Positions 1 through 13,167 of a stretch of 63,889 nucleotides of DNA are shown piece after piece. Location of the stretch: positions 5,332,112 to 5,396,000 of the forward strand of contig CM075991.1 of NCBI GenBank assembly GCA_038087875.1, written 5' to 3'. Origin of the DNA: Malacoraja senta. Lineage: Eukaryota. The notes under the pieces are model-generated. The model was given only the letters and a program-made list of their open reading frames with translations, did no database searches and was not told the origin of the DNA. The first letter of the stretch is position 1, and each line of letters opens with the position of its first letter. Both the position numbers and the translations under genes were made by a program.

Positions 1-1409
1 TGCTGACTCAAAACTTGAGAATTTCTATCAACACCTCAGAAATACTTCATTCATTATATAATGGGCTTTGGGACGTTTTGAGGTTGGGAAAGTCATCTCA
101 TCAATCTTCTTCCTGCCTGATCTCATTTATAAAAATTCATCAAGTCGTAGCTGACAGGAAAGGTACAATTTGGATTACTTTAGCACCGAGTTTTTACAGG
201 GAGCAAAATCTCAACAACCACACAAAGAATTTTCTAATTTCCTGTCCCAATCTGGAATTGAAGAGCCAGGTGCAAAATGGATTGCTGCATTTAGTGGATT
301 CACAAAACAGAACACGGATTAGGTCTGCATTTTGAGTTTGCAACATTGTAGGAGGTTGAACAGGAAATACTATGTGGAGGCAGCAGAACCTTGGCTCAGA
401 GTCTCCAAAGGGAACTGCACCATTGCTTTAAGATGCACATTACAATTGGAACCACCATTATTGATCTTCAGGGAAATAAAGGCGGCAGCAATCAAAACTG
501 GAGACTGGAGCTGGCTAATAATTTAATCCAGGCTCAGGTGCAAAGGTTTTTTAATTGTATTGTTCCTGATAGAGCTGCATTGGACAAAGAGAGAGCATAA
601 TGACATTTCCAATTTACTGTGTAAAGACATTTCTCGTCTTCTTAGTCATAAATTACCGACTCGTTATGCTGAGATTCAGTATGCAGAAAGAACCTCTTAG
701 CATCTACCCACATTATCCCTCTTCATAATTTTGCTCCTCTCAACTAAATCATCTCTTATTCTTTTGAACGCCACCATTTAGTTCCCTGTATTTTGTCACT
801 GGAAACAATCGAGCAAAACATGTTAAACTGATTTCAGGATTATTTTCCCAGTGAGATTTCCTTACCTTTGTTCTCCGACACACTGAATAACGGTTATAAA
901 GTACAATTATCCATCAGTGCTTACTACACCAACCCGTTTACCTCCTGCAAGTTATGAAACAGTGCTTGAAAATCCATCTATTCACTTACAAAATATCACT
1001 TCCTCTCCATTTAAAAAATATTGATTTCTGCTTCTGTGAAATTCAATAACCTCACATTTTCCCACATCATATTCTATGTCCTACTTGCTCATTCATGCAA
1101 CATGCCCCTATCCCTTTAAACTCTTTGCGTCGTTACAGCTCACATTGACACCTAACTTTTGGCTACAGCACACAAGGTCCCTACGTTCATGTCACCAATA
1201 AAGACTGTAAATAATTGAGGCCCCAACACACAGACTCATTTAAGTTATTAATATATTATTTGGATGGCTTTGTGGTCAAAACTGATCTAATGGCAAACAC
1301 TGGCAATACACTGGCAAATCAAGACATTTAACCAATATATCCATTGTTCGATGCCACTCTATTTCTATGAGCACCTATTTTACTCGACAACCTTGTTTGG
1401 TACTTGTGT

Positions 1410-1724
1410 GGGGGTAACACAGTGATGCGGCTGGTACAGGTGGTGCCTTGCAGTATCAGAGACCCAGTTTGATCGTCATCTCGGGTGCTGTCTATGTGGA
1501 GTTCACACATTCACCCTGTGGCAGCGTGGGTTTCCTCCAGGTGCTCTAGTTTCCTCCCACATCTCAATGACATGTGGGTTTGTAGGTTCATTGGCCAGTG
1601 TAAAACTGCCCCTAAAGTGTTGGGAATGAATGAGAAAGTGGGTTAACTTAGAATTGGTGATCGATGGAAGCATGGACATGGGGGGCCGAGGGGTCTGTTT
1701 CGAAACTGTATCTCTAAACTAAAC
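1410..1724 (+). mobile_element. tRNA-derived V-domain SINE (HE1-like)
   Basis: tRNA-like head, V-domain gcgtgggtttcctccaggtgctctagtttcctccca, CR1-like tail ctgtatctctaaactaaac. Confidence 0.82.
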
Positions 1725-2032
1725 CTTATCAATTGCCTTTTGAAATTCAAGAGTCTTATTAATTTACTGGATGTGAGTATTTTAGCAGGGCTGCATTTAT
1801 TTATTGCCTGCACTTTTGTTTTACATGTACATGCAATGGTGAGCTGACCTCCTCAATCACTGCTGCCTTTGGTGAAAGTACTTAGACAGGGTTACTGTCC
1901 ACTCTATCCTGTTATCATCATTATTTGCATTGACCAGTTTGACCCGAGCTCCTTGATGCCACAATGAATTGACTGCAAAGCTGGTGTAAAGGGGCATACA
2001 ATCTCATCTGGAACAAAGGTGCCTCTGAATAG

Positions 2033-2220
2033 TTGTTTAAGAAGGAACTGCAGATTTTGAAAAACCGAAGGTAGACAAAAATGCTGGAGAAACTCAGCGG
2101 GTGTAGCAGCATCTATGGAGCGAAGGAAATAGGCAACGTTTCGGGCCAAAACGTTGCCTATTTCCTTCGCTCCATAGATGCTGCTGCACCCGCTGAGTTT
2201 CTCCAGCATTTTTGTCTACC
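2033..2220. mobile_element. Penelope pLTR-derived fold-back element
   Basis: About 75-bp near-perfect inverted arms (2069-2221) plus a one-sided ~35-nt extension. TSD TGCCTCTGAATAG at 2020-2032 and 2221-2233. Confidence 0.88.
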
Positions 2221-3289
2221 TGCCTCTGAATAGCATGGCTTAAGGAGTACAGAGAGTAAATTGAGTTGAATTGATTAACTTCTGTAATGGCATGGACCCC
2301 AGCAAGAGTCATAAATGGAACATTGGCTTTTGTGAATGAAAATGATCATAATCACTTTTGCCCACATACTGGAGTGGTTATAAGAGCAGATCAGAGGCCG
2401 GGCATCCTGGAGTTAGGGAGAGGAGTGCTCATTAAGACCAACCCTTGCTAATTGTTTGATCAACCACCAACTCTGGCAGGACTGCAATGATCTAATCCGA
2501 TCCACATGTAGTGCAAGTTGCTAAACTCGTTTCTTTTGGATACAAGTTTCACTGATTAGCATGTATAAAGTGAAGTTGAAGATTTCCCAAGATGGGAACT
2601 TATTTTTAGATTTTTTTGTTGCTTCTCTTGGCAAGCGACTCTACACTCCTCATTGAACGAGGGCTGTTCTCTCACTACATATTGAGTGAGAGATACGTCA
2701 ACCTATGAGCATATTCAGAGAGTACTACAATATAGCAACAGGCCTTTCAGCCCATCCTGTCCCTGCTAACAACCCATGCTAATCCCATTTACCAGCACTT
2801 GGTGCAACCTTCTATGCCTCAGCGATTCAAGGGTGCCTTCAGATTCTTTTCAAAAGTTGAGAGACTATTTCACTAAGTTCCAGATTGAAACCACCCTCTG
2901 GGTGAAAATATTCTTCCACAGATTCCCTTTAAACCACATTCCTCATCTTAGACCTCCGCCCTCTGGTCTTAAAGAGAGAATTATTCTGCTATGGCGCTGC
3001 TCCACTTAGCACAATGACAGATGCATCTACACCACACAAATAGGTGAAGGATAAGTTCACATCGGTTGATCACCAGGACTGGCTGCAGCTTTGACGTGCC
3101 GAATTCAATGCTCAGGTCAAGACTGATTAATCCATTTTGTGTTTTTATATTGGTTATAGCAGCTAATGTTTGTCATTCATCTCAGGTATCATCCCACTGA
3201 GTGTCTTAATCAGCCATTTTAGAATGAGTCATGCTACAGTGGGTCTGAAATCAATATAAGCCAGATAGTGGGCTGGAGGCTGGAATCTT

Positions 3290-3605
3290 CTGTGCTGGAG
3301 CAACTCAGTGGGTCAGTCAGCATCTGAGGAGGAGACCAACAGGTGACGTTTCAGGTCAGGACCCTTCATCAGACTTCTAAGTCAGGAGCTCTGCTGAAAC
3401 ATCACCTGCCCATTGCATCCCCACATGCTGCCTAACCTAGTAATTTCCTCCAGTCTAAAGAAGAGTCCAAACCCAAAACGTCACCTATCCATGTTCTCTT
3501 GGGAGGCTGCCTGACCCGCTGAGTTACTCCAGCACTCTGTGTCTTTCCTCGGTAAACCAGCATCTGCAGTTCCTTGTTTCAACATTTCCTCCAGCACTTT
3601 GTGTT
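3290..3605. mobile_element. Two nested or adjacent Penelope pLTR-derived elements
   Basis: tgctggagcaactcagtgggtcag...acccttcatcag arm, an inverted arm, and a second pLTR copy at 3450-3583; tttcctccag is repeated at about 3444 and 3585. Confidence 0.7.
3343..3374 (-). ncRNA. Minimal hammerhead motif, BIN3-sense orientation
   Basis: Minus strand reads GT-CTGATGA-A-GGGTC-CT-GACCT-GAAA-C-GTC-AC. Confidence 0.62.
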
Positions 3606-6442
3606 TAAGACAGACATTAGATTTTCTTTCCCAAAGGGAATTAAAATAGAGGGTTTTTTTAAAATGAAAATCTGGCAGTTTCTCGGTCACTATTACTGAA
3701 CTATAATCCAGAATTATTTATTTAATTAAATTTAAATCGATCTACTGATGTGGTGGGATTTGAATTCCTCTCCATATCATTAATCCAGGTCTCCAGATAC
3801 CAATACGGTAACAAAAAATCACTGTACTCTGAAGAAATAGACACACCTTCTCTTGACAAACATAACTGTGCCTCATGGTTATTCCATAAAAAGTGTAATT
3901 ATTATCAGAGCGATAAAATATTGAAATTCTGTTATCAGCTACACATGAACAGTTAGATTAACAATTGCAAAAGGAAGAATGTATCTTGCATTCTGTCACA
4001 CTGGGCGTTGATGTCCTAACATGCCACGCATCATGGAGGCATCATGGATTAAATGAGCCAAGAAACACTTTTTGAAGAGCAATGCGCCATCAATCCAATC
4101 TAGTTTAGATGAAGTGCAAGTGCTGGCAGTGTTACAGCTGGTGGCAGTGCAGCAATGGATTAAAGGGAACTCGTCAGTACAATGACAGCGCGAGGAGCCA
4201 TATTCATGACACATACAGAAGAGCTGAGAAACAGGCCATTGAATTTAATCATAGGCAATTATATTTATTCCAATTCCTGTGCTTTTTGATGCGAGTTGCT
4301 AATCAAATTAAGACAGTCTTCTTCCAATGTTTATCCAGTCCACTGGTGCTTTGTACGGCATTATTGCAATTTTATTTATTCCTCAACCCAAGGTCAAAAA
4401 TATGACTATTTCTTGTCTGGAACTAGGCAGTTGTTTTATGTACTCAGAGCTATCTATTAAGTTGGATTTTCTCTAAAATGACAAGTAGGAGCAATAGGAT
4501 GGCACATTCAAGTCTCACAAAGCTCCAAGCAATCAATGATGAACAACTTATCAGCTGCCTAAACTCTGGGTCATGTTTCAGGGCAACCCACATCAACACT
4601 GAAATGCTACTAACTCTAATTAGTACCATTTCTTGAGGTGGAAAAAAAATGGACAGATTTGTCTCTATATTCATTTTCTCAGCAAATTAATCCCTCCCTT
4701 CCCTGAAGACCTCCTTTCTGGGGCAGACTCAGTCACCAACTGTCTTTCTCTGTCTCGCATTAGTGGCCATCGGTTTTGGTGCTCACTTCACAAGGAGGAG
4801 AGGGCTGGATTGGGGAGAGGAGTGACATGGAGAGTAGTGGCATGCAGTAAAGTGTCCAGTGTATCCCGTCCCATCCAGTGCTCGACAGAAGCCACAGAGC
4901 ATGAAAGACGGGCAGGCAACAGAAGTGGAGGATGATGAGGAATGGGGAGATATGCCTCATGTCTCCTTCTCTCACTGCTTCGAGCATTACTGGCCGACAG
5001 CTGGTATCCTGCAAACTATATGCTGACCCGAAGATGCCGGCAAACTGTGTTGATCAGCAGATTGCAATCTTGCATTACACTGGAGGTTGCTGCAGGGAGG
5101 ATTGGGTTCCTTCACCCATTTGGTGACGTCACAGAATGTGTTAACAGTCACTTACTCCTTGCAGACCTCAATTGATCTGAGCAGTTCCCTGCAAGCAATG
5201 GTTCAACAGTGCTATTTTTTTCACAGGCACCACTGCGCAGTGAAAGTCTTTTCGCATATTTACATATGAAGGTGCCGCCATTTCCAAAGTCCAGTCCACC
5301 CATGTACTCGTTCTACTGGAGCGGTTCCCAACCTAGGTAAGCCCCAGGTTCCTGCAGAGCCTTCCTCAGTCGCCTTCGTCGGGATCGGCCAGTGAACCAA
5401 TGTCCCTCTCCTTGCCCGGCCGTCATTGTGTCCCAGGGTAAGCCGACCTTCAAGTCACGGGAGGCACTACCCCAGTTCACCCTCCTACTGGCCCCTGCTC
5501 CTCGCGTCCAACATCTCCCATGGCTCCCTCCCAGTTTAGCAGAACGCCGAGACTTCAGGTAGGTTCCTGGTTCCACGGTCGGCCGAGCCTTCAGGTCCTC
5601 GGCAGCGGTTCCAAAGTGGCGGCACCTCGGGAAGGCCTCTACCGCAGGGTGCACATGTGCCCACACACAAGTATACACACACACCCCAATTTTGAGTGCG
5701 CGAGAGTAAGAAGGTTCACTTGGAGAAGCTGCTACAATGTTGTCCCTCACTTTAAGAGCCTCATCATTCAGTACTTATCTGTGATTAAAAATGTTGCTTG
5801 CAGAGTATAAAACGTGTGAGGGACACTGAGGAAGTGATATATAAATTCAAGGGTTTGCACAGTACCCCAGTGGCTTACTTCACAGCAGAGTGGGGAACAC
5901 TGGAGCCAATACACAGCTGAAAGACCTTTGAGAGGATCTCCATGGGCAGATAGTGTTATAGCACGTCTTTTAGAAGCTGCTACAACGGTTCTGGCACCAG
6001 AGTGGCTTGTGATATCTCGTCTATTCTCCATAAGATTGCACTATGACACAGACTAGCATAGCCACTGATGGCACTGGCATCATAACGTATTTTCACTCAT
6101 TGAAACCTTTGCACAGATAACGCCTAGTTTTTGTGGTAAGTTAGGAATGTGCTAGTATGTTACTGCCATCCTCCCACCAGCTTTCACAAGCCAGAAAGGA
6201 TAATAATATCAGCCTGTCAATGCTGCAGTATAAGTGATACATCATGGCATATAGCCAGCTGAACTAGACCATTTCATTTCCTCAAGCCATATCCTAAACT
6301 GCAGCACAGGGCTAGACTTACAAGTTCAAATGGCACAATGATCAAAAAGGAACATTGGTTGAAAATTTAAAAAACTGATAGGACTAAAGCTGTTTTTGAT
6401 AAGGTTCGGAACTACTTTGGCTAAGACAGCACAAATAGGAAA

Positions 6443-7142
6443 TAGAGATACAGAGTGGAAACGGACCATTCGGCCCACCGAGTCCGCGCTGACCAGCGAT
6501 CACCCCGTACACTAGCACCATCTTACACACTGGGGACAATATACAATTTTAGCAAAGCCAATTAAACCTACAGACCTATAAGTCTTAGGAGGTAGACACA
6601 AAATGCTGGAGTCTTAGGAGAGTGGCAGGAAACCGGAGCACCCAGAGAAAAACCAAAGGACAAAGGACATTTATTGTCACATACACCAAATGGTGTAGTG
6701 AAATTTGTTCTTGCCACGCAGCACAAATAGACACAACATTAAAGAAATTTAACATAAAACATAAAAACATCCCCCCACAATGGATCCCACTGTGGGGGAA
6801 GGCACAAAGTCCAGTCCATATCCCCTTGTCCACCCATAGTCTGGCCTATATAGGCCTCCACAGTCGCCGCTACGGGGGCCGATGTTACAGGCCCTTCTTC
6901 GCCGGGTGATGGTGCTCCGGCGTCGGGAGAACCCGCTCAGCAGCTTGGGACACCTGGAACGGCCGTATCCCTACCGGAGTCCGCGGCTTCCGAAGCCGCG
7001 GACTCCGGTAGTCATACAAAGAATGTACACTTGTACACTCGTACACTCTTCCACGGCGTCATAGAAAGAATGTACACTCCGTACAGACAGGACTCTGGCG
7101 CTGTAAGGCAGTAACTCTACCGCTGCGTCACTGTGCCACCCC
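6443..7142 (-). mobile_element. HE1-like SINE, interrupted
   Basis: Minus-strand head ggggtggcacagtgacgcagcggtagagttactgccttacagcgccagag; V-domain split by 6654-7010; tail at 6443-6480. Confidence 0.78.
6654..7010 (-). mobile_element. 5'-truncated GC-rich retroposon inserted in a SINE
   Basis: Minus strand ...aaatttcactacaccatttggtgtatgtgacaataaaatgtcctttgtcctttg tail; interrupts the V-domain of the SINE at 6443-7142. Confidence 0.68.
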
Positions 7143-7699
7143 TGAATAAACATGTTGATGAGAAAGGATAAGAGATAAGTGCGGCCAAGAACTTTTAATA
7201 AAGTGGCTACATTTTGTAAACTATGTGGTCGAGTAACTCATACAATCTGTAACAACTATGTCGTCCTCTCTACTATTGGCATTAGAGTCATAGAATCATA
7301 CAGCGTGGATACAGGCCCTTTGGCCCAACTTACCACGCTGACCAACTTGCCCCATCTAGATTGTCCTACCTGCCTGTGTTTGGGACATATCCCCTCAAAC
7401 CTATCCTATGCACATAGCTATCCAAATGTTTCTTAAACATTGTGATAGTATCTGCCTCAACCACCTTTGGCAGCCTATTCCATATACCTACCACCCTTTG
7501 TGTAAAAAAAATTGTCTCTCAGGTTCCCCCCTCACCTTAAACCTATATCCTAATTCTGGATTCCATTGCATTAATTTTCAAATTGTACATTATTTTATCA
7601 AAGCTCTGGTGTTGCCTTCAGAGTCCAAGTAGTTTGTTGATTTTAGTATTTCTAGGATGAAAAAGCAGTGATATAAGCAAGGCTATTGCCCCAAATAAA

Positions 7700-7806
7700 A
7701 ATTAAAAAAAATAATAATAATAATAATAATGTTCGGCACGGACTTGAAGGGCCGAGATGGCCTGTTTCCGTGCTGTAATGGTGATATGGTTATATGGTTA
7801 TATGGT
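7700..7806 (+). mobile_element. Extreme 3' fragment of the same CR1 family as 40954-45036
   Basis: taatgttcggcacggacttgaagggccgagatggcctgtttccgtgctgtaatggt is identical to 44967-45022; (GGTTATAT)n tail. Confidence 0.88.
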
Positions 7807-7974
7807 GAGCAGGAAGGTCAGCGTAACAAAACTACGTGGCAACTGGAAAACAGATATCCACCTTGATAGGTTTTTATGGCGAGTTCTCTTCAGTCCGTAC
7901 CATAGTGGATAATTTATGGTGGAAATCCCAGTGACATGTAACATCCAAATTGGATTTATTCAGTTTACTTGATG

Positions 7975-8185
7975 TTAGTTTATTGTCACATGGACACTAA
8001 AAATCTTTTGTTGCTTGCTGACCAGTCAGCAGAAAGACTATACATGATTACAATCAAGCCATCCACAGTGTACAGATTCAGGATAAAGGAAATAACGGTT
8101 AGTGCAAGATAAAGTCCAGTAGAGTTTGATTAAAGATAGTCCGAGGGTCTCCAGTGAGATGGATGGTAGCTCAGGACTGCTCTCG
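7975..8185 (-). mobile_element. Rex1/Babar-type 3'UTR fragment
   Basis: Homologous to 13168-13320 (cagtcagcagaaagactatacatgattacaatc); another copy at about 23010-23160 on the plus strand. Confidence 0.72.
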
Positions 8186-8186
8186 A

Positions 8187-8260
8187 TGGAGCTTACTCCT
8201 GTGTCAGCGCGATCAAGGGACCAATTGAGGTTACTTGCGCTGACACAGGAGTAAGCTCCA
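8187..8260. repeat. Perfect 24-bp inverted repeat with 26-nt spacer
   Basis: TGGAGCTTACTCCTGTGTCAGCGC (8187-8210) and GCGCTGACACAGGAGTAAGCTCCA (8237-8260). Confidence 0.95.
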
Positions 8261-9007
8261 CCGCCCGCTGTCTTGTTATCCATCGCCCGCTGACCTGCTC
8301 TTGAACTGGTCCCCTCACTGTCTGGTCTACATTAAAAGACACAGACCAGGGCAGTGAATGCCATGCAGTGTCACCCAGCGCAGCAAGTGAAGCCATGTCC
8401 TGCTCCCGGCGGCAGTCGGAATTTAAGGATTTGTACGAAGCTGCTGACATGAGCGAGGCCGGCGAGTGGGAGGTGAGAGATGTTCAGACGGAAGGCACTG
8501 CCAGAGGTGAGCGAGCCGGCAGAAGGCGCTGAGGTGGCGGCCAGTTCCGTTGTCCGGTCCCGGCGGCCGCTCGCAGCCACCCGAGCTACTTCCCTCCCTG
8601 GCCACAACGAGTGAGTTGTTGGCATGATCCCCGACCCCCTCCTTCTCAACGCTCCTGCCCTCCCCGCAACTTTACCCCTGGTCAGACTCACCACAAGCTG
8701 TGAAAGGAACTCTCCCCCCAATTTGTCCCTTGAACTAGTATCGTCATTCAGTAAGATCACAACTGTTTCAACTTGTCCCGGTGTGCTCCCGTTTTCCTAC
8801 CACCTCTCCACCTGCCGGCACCCTCCACCCCCCACCCATTCAGTAATTCAGAATGAAGGAGATTTGGGCAAATTCTTTATTTTTATATTTTATTTTTTTG
8901 AGCGTGAGAAATTCTATGTCCCGCCAGCCTTCTTTCAAAATTTAGCAACTCAAAATGGGGGTGCGTCTTCGACGCAGGTGCGTCTTCATTGCCGGGAAAT
9001 ACGGTAC
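8237..9007. mobile_element. Truncated non-autonomous DNA transposon, Tc1/mariner (Tc2/pogo-like) terminus
   Basis: GC-rich body ending gggtgcgtcttcgacgcaggtgcgtcttcattgccgggaaatacgg-TA, i.e. a TA-CCGTATTTCC terminus on the minus strand; no matching left TIR seen. Confidence 0.5.
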
Positions 9008-11500
9008 TTTATTGAGAGATATGGCTTTTGAAGACTATATAAAAGTCGACTGACAGCTTACGGAGAGGAGAACAATCTGCGCACGCACGGTTTTTTAAAA
9101 GCCGACTGACTGCCTACCCTGAGTAATTACTCACGGCACGTGCCTGATATTTGTATATGAGAGAGAGTCCATGTGTGCATGGGAGTGTGCTTGAGAGTTT
9201 AAGAATAGCAAGGATTTGTTAATTTTTTTTTTTAAAGCACAAGAATTTCAAAGGATGGGCTGACCCATTGCAATTAAACGATGACCAACAAGAAAAGGGT
9301 TCCCTCTCAGCTGGAATAAACTTCCAAACTATATACTGATTATTTTTTCAGGGATTGGTGCAGTTACATTGAAGTTTTGAGTGCAGCATGAATGCGATCT
9401 GTTCAGAAATAGAGTCACCATTCACTGCTGGCATAATAGGTGGAACTTGTACAAGACAAACAAAACGTTGTTTCCTGGGGAGAATTCTTGTTCCTCTAAC
9501 CTAGTGTTGAGAACCAGCCACCGCCCTTTCACATAACAATGCTTTCTAAGAAACCTGGGAGGGTGCAAATTGTGGAAAGAGGATGTACTAACAGCATGAG
9601 GTAACTGCATTAACAACTTGAAAATGATGGAAGTTCCCTACAAAGCATACAAAATAACTGAAATTGTTTAGAATCATATCAGTTTCCAATCTTAGCCTTT
9701 TTTTAAACCAGCATCCAATTTCTTATTTCACATTAAAACACAAGTCACATTCAGATATCTGGACCATCAATCCCATAACACCAGAGAAACCTCATGGAGA
9801 AATGAGATGTCACACCCGATAGATCTAAATGGGCAGGCTGGCATAATATTTTCCAGAGTTTGCGATTCATAGCTACTGTTGTACCTAGGGGTTATCTGGC
9901 ATCTTCCACTCTTAAAGCAGAAGGCCACCTCACCTGCAAACGCTAAAACTGAGTGATTCACATTATTAAATTCATTCTGCAAATTAAGCATTGCGTCACT
10001 TGAATAATGTAGTCAGGCCGTGAATGTGGAAGTTGCTGCAAAACAAAAACCTCAAAAGGTTTAACTTTGTAGTACACATCCCACACAAAGTTAATTCACC
10101 ACATCTTTAGTATATCCAGCAGCCTTCCAAGTTTCATTTCAATATCGTGGTGCCATGTCCCTTCAGTCAGGCACTGAATAAGCTCTCCCTTCATTTAACT
10201 ATCAAATTAAAGATGTGTTCCAGAGCTTCGCAATCAAACCAAAGCTCATAATGTTTGCAGCTACATTTGGAGCAGGTTGAAAAGTGCCTATTTTGACATT
10301 TTATATATATACGATAGGATAACAAATGTATATATATGAGTCTTCCAAAGTTGTAAATTATATGTGAAATAACAGTGAGAAGGAGAGACAGAATGTGTAC
10401 GTGTGGCAGATAAGACCTAATGCAGAGAATTGCAAGAAAGAATAAGGAGAACCATTTTGACCCATTGATCCAACACTGAATGGGACAAAGGAACAGAGAC
10501 TTGGTTGTTTATACACAGACGTCTTTGAAAGTGGAAAGATAATCGGGACATGCATATCCCTAAAAAAAAGTAGAATAAGGGGCTGTATAATTTAAGATAT
10601 TGTATGAAAGAAAGAATTTATGCTAAATCTTTCGAACCTACTTATTAAGCCCTTGATGGAGCATTATGTCTCTTTTGAGACTTTGAAGGACGTCAAAGCT
10701 ATGGAGAGGGTGCAGTGTAGAGAATTTCAGGTCCAAGGAGAGACCAGAGAAACTGTAATTGCTCTGCTTAGAATGAAGATGATGATCAGATCATTCCTAA
10801 AAGTTTTTTACATGATGAGAAGATTTGATGGAATAATTAATAAATAAAGTTACATTGTCAGATGGGTCAGTAATCAGAGAACATTGATCGAAGGAAAATT
10901 GCAAAGAGCAGAAATTATTTTATCGTGGTAATTATGATGGTCTGGAATATGTTGCTTAAAAGGGAAATTGATACACAACTGAAGGGTGAGGAAAGAACAG
11001 GGGAATGGAACCTGTTAGACAGCTCCTTGCAAGAGGCTGCACAACCAAGGTGGACTGAATAGCCTCCTTTGTACTGTAAGATTCTATATGCCAGAGACAT
11101 CACGGACAGCTGGTTGTGTGTAGTCAGAAACTCTAAAAAGAGTGATACCAGCTCATCTGAGGATATACAATTCAAGTGATGATTTCATAAAAACATACGG
11201 CACAGGGAGGAATTCATAACAGCATATTTCTTGGGAAAGGCTAACAATTAGTCTCTTGTCCCATAGTCCTAAAGATTTTTTTGTTTTCAGGCATATATCT
11301 TTGGCTGACAACTAATTTTCACTAACAATATAAACACTAACAATACTTTCAGGCACATCCCACCAAATACGTCTCTCCTGTGGAACTTATGGCAATCTTG
11401 TGGCAGTCTTGCATCTCCCACAGTCCTAAAGGCAACTTCAAGCACCAACATTACTTGAACCAAACAACAGTGCAAACTTCAGCTGATCCCCCACAGCATT

Positions 11501-11693
11501 GACAAAAATGCTGGAGAAACTCAGCGGGTGAAGCAGCATCTACGGAGTGAAGGAAATAGGCGACGTTTCGGGGCGAGACCCTTCTTCAGACCTTCTTATT
11601 TCCTTCGCTCCATAGATGCTGCCTCACCCGCTGAGTTTCTCCAGCATTTTTGTCTACCTTCCATTTTCCAGCATCTGCAGTTCCTTCTTAAAC
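11501..11693. mobile_element. Penelope pLTR-derived fold-back element
   Basis: Inverted arms gacaaaaatgctggagaaactcagcggg.../...cccgctgagtttctccagcatttttgtc with the ccagcatctgcagttccttcttaaac end. No clear TSD. Confidence 0.85.
11558..11593 (-). ncRNA. Minimal hammerhead motif, BIN3-sense orientation
   Basis: Minus strand reads AGGT-CTGAAGA-A-GGGTCTCGCCCC-GAAA-C-GTC-GCCT; a 4-bp helix I (AGGT/GCCT) is possible. Confidence 0.62.
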
Positions 11694-13167
11694 CAACCAC
11701 ACGTGTGACTCCAAAGAAGTGTGGTTAATATGATGGTTTTACCTTGCCAAAAGTTGCCTTTTACAAATGTCAATAATTTCCTCCCATTTGCCAAAGAAAA
11801 ATACTTCCACGCAGGTAGGAAATAACCTTTCAAAGTAACCCAAATTTCCCAACCAAAGTGGGACCAACCTCTGAACTAAAAACAGGAATGATAAATACAG
11901 TGCACATGGGACTTTACTGACATACAAAAAAAAAACACAATTATGAATATGCAGATTTACAGCCGTTGCCACGGAATGCAAAAACTGCCAGCAATAGAGG
12001 GATTATACATCGATGGAATATATTTGTTCTTTTACAGGTGGGAAACTCCCAATATTGAACATTAAATTGGATCTACACTTGGATTGGTGTGTGGGAACTT
12101 TATGCATTTCATGCATGGTTGCAATATTTAACTTAAGACACATCTCCATACTTGTTCATTCAATATGCACAAGGTTGAAACTGTCTAAAATATGTAAGGA
12201 GGAAACACTTTGATATTTGCTTCATTATCACATTCCTAACATGGACAAGGGCCAAAACAACATAGTAGAAACAAACAATGCTGGTTAATGTACAAAAGGA
12301 CACAAAGTGCTGGAGTAACTCAACGGGTCATGCAGCATCCCTGGAGAACATGGATGGGCGACCTTTTGGTTCAGGATTTCTGATAAAATTCATGCATCTG
12401 TAGTTGCATTAGCTATCTTTTATTCCTCTGAATGTCTTAAACAGCTTAGTGTTTTTGTGCAAATTAACAGTAAGTAGTTGGGAAGACAGAGTATTTTGGC
12501 CTTTATTGCAAGAAGATTGGAATTTAGAAATCGGGACATAGTTACAGTTGAACAAGTTACTGGCAATGCCACGCCTCAACTACTCGGTCTAGTTTTGGGT
12601 GGACTCCTGTTTAAGAAAGAATAAATTGGCAATGGAGGCAGCCCAAAAGAGATTAGCTCGACAAGTTCCTGGGATTGGAGAGTGTGTTATCACGAGCAGC
12701 TAAAGAAATTAGATCCATATTTTTTGGAGTTTTGAAGAATTATATATAACCATACTGAAACATAAGATTCTAAGGGGATATAACAGGTAGATGTTCAGAC
12801 AAAGAGACAAGGCTCAGGCACATCAGTCACAATCATACTGAATGGTGGGGCAGGCATGTGATCTACTCCTTCCTGTTGGTAAGTGGCCTACTCCTGTTCC
12901 TATTTTCTTCTGTACCCACGTTTTTATGTTGGTTCCCATTATAGTAACTCATGTCTATCGTTGGTTTTCAGGGACCCCTCAAGTTCTTGAGCCAGAAGCC
13001 TATAGATTAATCCTGCACTCCAGAAATTTGAGCATGGAAAATCTATACTGACATTTTGTCCACAGTAAATGTTTACACTGTCGGAAGCGCCATCTTTTAT
13101 ATGAGACCTAAACCAAGGCTTCCTTTGCCGTCTCAACTCACCACAATACATTTTTTTGTTTTTTTTT

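Noticed and set aside
1410..1490. tRNA genes at SINE heads (also 7070-7142, 18776-18850, 47722-47790)
   Set aside because: Degenerate A/B-box heads run directly into the V-domain and LINE-like tail; these are SINEs, not tRNA genes.
2033..2220. Classifying the fold-back elements as DNA-transposon MITEs
   Set aside because: Variable 8-15 bp TSDs, asymmetric ends, variable centres and direct linkage of the same sequence to a GIY-YIG ORF at 25630-26031 fit Penelope retroelements better.
1904..2312. Recurring short ORFs such as MLEKLSGCSSIYGAKE.. and ..AEFLQHFCLP
   Set aside because: Translations of the pLTR palindrome repeated throughout the window; not genes.
9892..9933. Possible alternative BIN3 terminal exon (tttgcag|VRWPSALRVEDAR*)
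   Set aside because: In phase with a plausible acceptor, but no similarity to the BIN3 C-terminus; such sites are common by chance in 22 kb.
10915..11175. 86-aa ORF with helical-looking N-terminus (SSDELVSLFLEFL)
   Set aside because: Runs into the antisense of a CR1 tail; no recognisable family or splice context.
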